Positions 34,392 through 36,294 of a stretch of DNA of 36,294 nt are shown here, piece after piece (position 1 is the stretch's first letter; every line of letters starts with the position of its first letter). Source of the DNA: a candidate division WOR-3 bacterium (GTDB lineage Bacteria > Hydrothermota > Tepidihabitantia > Tepidihabitantales > Tepidihabitantaceae); contig CBFGIT010000024.1 of the NCBI GenBank assembly GCA_965648905.1, positions 1-36,294 on the forward strand, in the 5' to 3' direction. The notes under the pieces are model-generated. The model saw only the letters and a list, made by a program, of their open reading frames with translations. It had not been told where the DNA came from and searched no databases. The translations under genes were made by a program, and so were the position numbers.

Positions 34392-35590
34392 TAGTCGACC
34401 CTGGCCACTGCATCGTTTTGACCGTTGACTTGCGTGTTCTGTGCCCGTTGTGCCAGATACTCAATCAGCCGCTCGCCGTAACCTACTGTGTTGCCCGTCG
34501 CAAAGACGAGCGCTTTGGCCTTGACCAGCCGGACCAGCCCGTCGTAGACCAGTGCCGGCTCACGCTCGTCACCCAGGTCGTGCAGACGCCCGGGCGGAAT
34601 CCCGACTTCCTTTGCCCGGTTGGTGAAGACCCGCGTGGCTCCACCGGTCGCAACATAGCCCGCCGCATCCCACGACGAAACCAGCTCGGCCAGTTGCCGC
34701 GAGCGATCGGGCCGGTCTGCCCGGCAGTTGACCAGCACAATCCGTTCGGCACTGCGCCCCTTGACCATGTCCCAGAGCATCGCAATCGAATCCGGGTCAT
34801 TGGCCGCCATTGTGTAGACGACCTCCATCTCCCGATCCGAGTTCTCAATCCGGTAGATGCGCATCACGCCGAAATCCGGGTCGCTGCGCTGCATGCCGGC
34901 CAGAGCCTGGCTCCGTTCGACGTTCAGACTGGCGCAGACGTCCAGAGCCAGTGCCACATTCTCCTTGTGTTCGATGTAGCCAAACCCCTTCATCTCTTCA
35001 TCGCTGACCGTATTCGGGTCGGCAACGGTCATCTTGACGCCGGGTCTCACTCTGCGACGGAGAGTTGCAAGCTGCGGCCCGCGCTCGGCAGTGAAGAACA
35101 TCCCCTTGTGCGGCACGGTGTTCGCCAGGGCCCGCCCGACATCGGTGACGGTCGGGCCCATTACGTCGAGATGGTCGGCCCGGACATTGGTGATGACGCC
35201 GTGGGTCGGCCGAATCAGCATCTGGTTTTCAAGCCGCTGATACTCGGGCACGAGCGCCATGCACTCTATCACCAGCGCGTCGGCACGGTGCTTCCGCGCC
35301 AGCCGGACAATCCGCAGCTCCTCGATGATGTTGGCTTTGCCCAATCGGCGAACCGGATGCTCCTCATGGTCGCTGACAATGAACCTTGGCCTCGTGCCGG
35401 TCACCTTGGCTGCCACGCGCATGCCCCCGCCTCGGAGACCGGCGGCAATCAGCCGCGTCACTGACGACTTGCCGCGCGTTCCGTTGACTTGGACTCTTAC
35501 CGGAATCTGCGCCAGATTACGGCGGTGGAGGGCATACTCTGCTATTCCGTAACCGATGAACAGCAGCACGAGAATGAGAACAAACAGCAT
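34391..35590 (-). CDS. pgsB: poly-gamma-glutamate synthase PgsB/CapB (Mur ligase family)
   Basis: N-terminal TM, VNGTRGKSSVTRLIAAGL, ANIIE, ECMAL.P, TNVRADHLDVMGP, HKENVALAL, AANDP.S, NCRADR.DR; start at ATG 35590. Confidence 0.95.
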   Translation of the reverse strand: MLFVLILVLLFIGYGIAEYALHRRNLAQIPVRVQVNGTRGKSSVTRLIAAGLRGGGMRVAAKVTGTRPRFIVSDHEEHPVRRLGKANIIEELRIVRLARKHRADALVIECMALVPEYQRLENQMLIRPTHGVITNVRADHLDVMGPTVTDVGRALANTVPHKGMFFTAERGPQLATLRRRVRPGVKMTVADPNTVSDEEMKGFGYIEHKENVALALDVCASLNVERSQALAGMQRSDPDFGVMRIYRIENSDREMEVVYTMAANDPDSIAMLWDMVKGRSAERIVLVNCRADRPDRSRQLAELVSSWDAAGYVATGGATRVFTNRAKEVGIPPGRLHDLGDEREPALVYDGLVRLVKAKALVFATGNTVGYGERLIEYLAQRAQNTQVNGQNDAVARVD

Positions 35591-35607
35591 CGGGGGACTG
35601 GCGCTTG

Positions 35608-35635
35608 AGTATAGCCATTCGGTTCTGCATGTCAA
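35608..35635 (-). promoter_or_regulatory. promoter of the pgs-C25 operon
   Basis: Minus strand TTGACA (35635-35630), 16 nt, TATACT (35613-35608), 17 nt before ATG 35590. Confidence 0.8.
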
Positions 35636-36206
35636 ATTCCCGGCGCGAGTGGTAGTATCCTTAGTTGTGTGTAAATTGACTGGAAAAGTGCCGGGCAGGG
35701 CGCATCCTCTCATGTGGCGGCGGGATATTAGCAAACCATGAGGAGAATAGCCAATACCCGACAATGACTACATCTATACCTTGAGCCGCACCACCCAGCG
35801 CGAAGCGGCAGGCTGGCAGCAACACTATATTGACCACTGGCAGGACAACAAGGACTCCTTTGCCGACGCGAGGCTGAGCCGATGATGGCCCCGATGCGCC
35901 CACTGACAGCGTTCAAGCGGAACCATCGGTACGGCTGAGTCTGCATGGCTTGGCGGGATGGATTGTTGGCTGAAAAGGGCTGCAGCCGGACCGTGCAAGC
36001 GAACTAGCAGCGAGTGTGCTAGGCGTCAGACCGCGGGTTGGATGGTCCCACGCTGGTTGTCGTGCTTGAGCAATGCTTGTGGTAGTCGGACCCATGTCCT
36101 CCATCCCCTGGCTGGTAAGGGGGACGGTTCCCCTTTCCGAACCCCCTGCCCCGGCGACGGCCGAAACCGGTGATGTCCTATACTTCCTGTAAATTCGCGG
36201 GTGGTT

Positions 36207-36234
36207 TTGACTGGAAAGAAAGAGGGCGTAAGCT
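36207..36234 (+). promoter_or_regulatory. promoter for a gene starting at the window edge
   Basis: TTGACT (36207-36212), 16 nt, TAAGCT (36229-36234); AAAGGA SD near 36275-36280 and GTG at 36291. Confidence 0.55.
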
Positions 36235-36294
36235 CCATGGTCAATGTCCGTTAACCGCCGGCAGTGGCCGGCAGAAAGGATACTTACGCCGTGA

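Noticed and set aside
21511..35635. Genomic island integrated at tRNA-Arg
   Set aside because: The operon lies on the 5' side of the tRNA; no integrase, no tRNA-end duplication and no obvious compositional shift
35676..35703. Plus-strand promoter at TTGACTGGAAA
   Set aside because: No -10-like hexamer 16-17 nt downstream, although it shares TTGACTGGAAA with the 36207 site
35591..35764. 58 aa N-terminal extension of PgsB in the ORF track
   Set aside because: Runs through the predicted promoter; family similarity begins at the TM segment at ATG 35590

Overview
GC-rich bacterial chromosomal window. The many secreted proteins with Por/T9SS-like C-terminal sorting domains suggest an FCB-related diderm such as candidate division WOR-3; this is an inference from gene style. 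Left part: a DUF763 / RsmB-RsmF m5C methyltransferase / PUA operon converging on a TrmH-family methyltransferase and a class II aldolase, then DUF4177 and CvpA-like genes, two tandem 2-oxoacid:ferredoxin oxidoreductase alpha/beta pairs, an orphan sigma-54 response regulator preceded by a probable histidine-kinase tail remnant, and a truncated IS3 end. Middle: three CTD-bearing secreted proteins, a GT-C glycosyltransferase-TPR fusion, a TPR protein and tRNA-Arg(CCT). Right: a tightly coupled ~14 kb, nine-gene minus-strand operon. It starts with poly-gamma-glutamate genes (pgsB/capB, pgsC/capC, pgsW; no capA/D/E) and continues into a secreted tandem-domain protein, a probable outer-membrane beta-barrel, an LVIVD lipoprotein, a BNR/YCF48 propeller and two gingipain (C25)-like proteins that keep the catalytic Cys but lack the catalytic His. 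This operon is the best candidate for an undescribed system (diderm PGA export or surface anchoring). Also seen: nine TTGAC-N16-(-10) promoters, four with leaderless geometry, a probable CTG start for pgsW, and degenerate 7-bp tandem repeats in intergenic DNA and CTD linkers.
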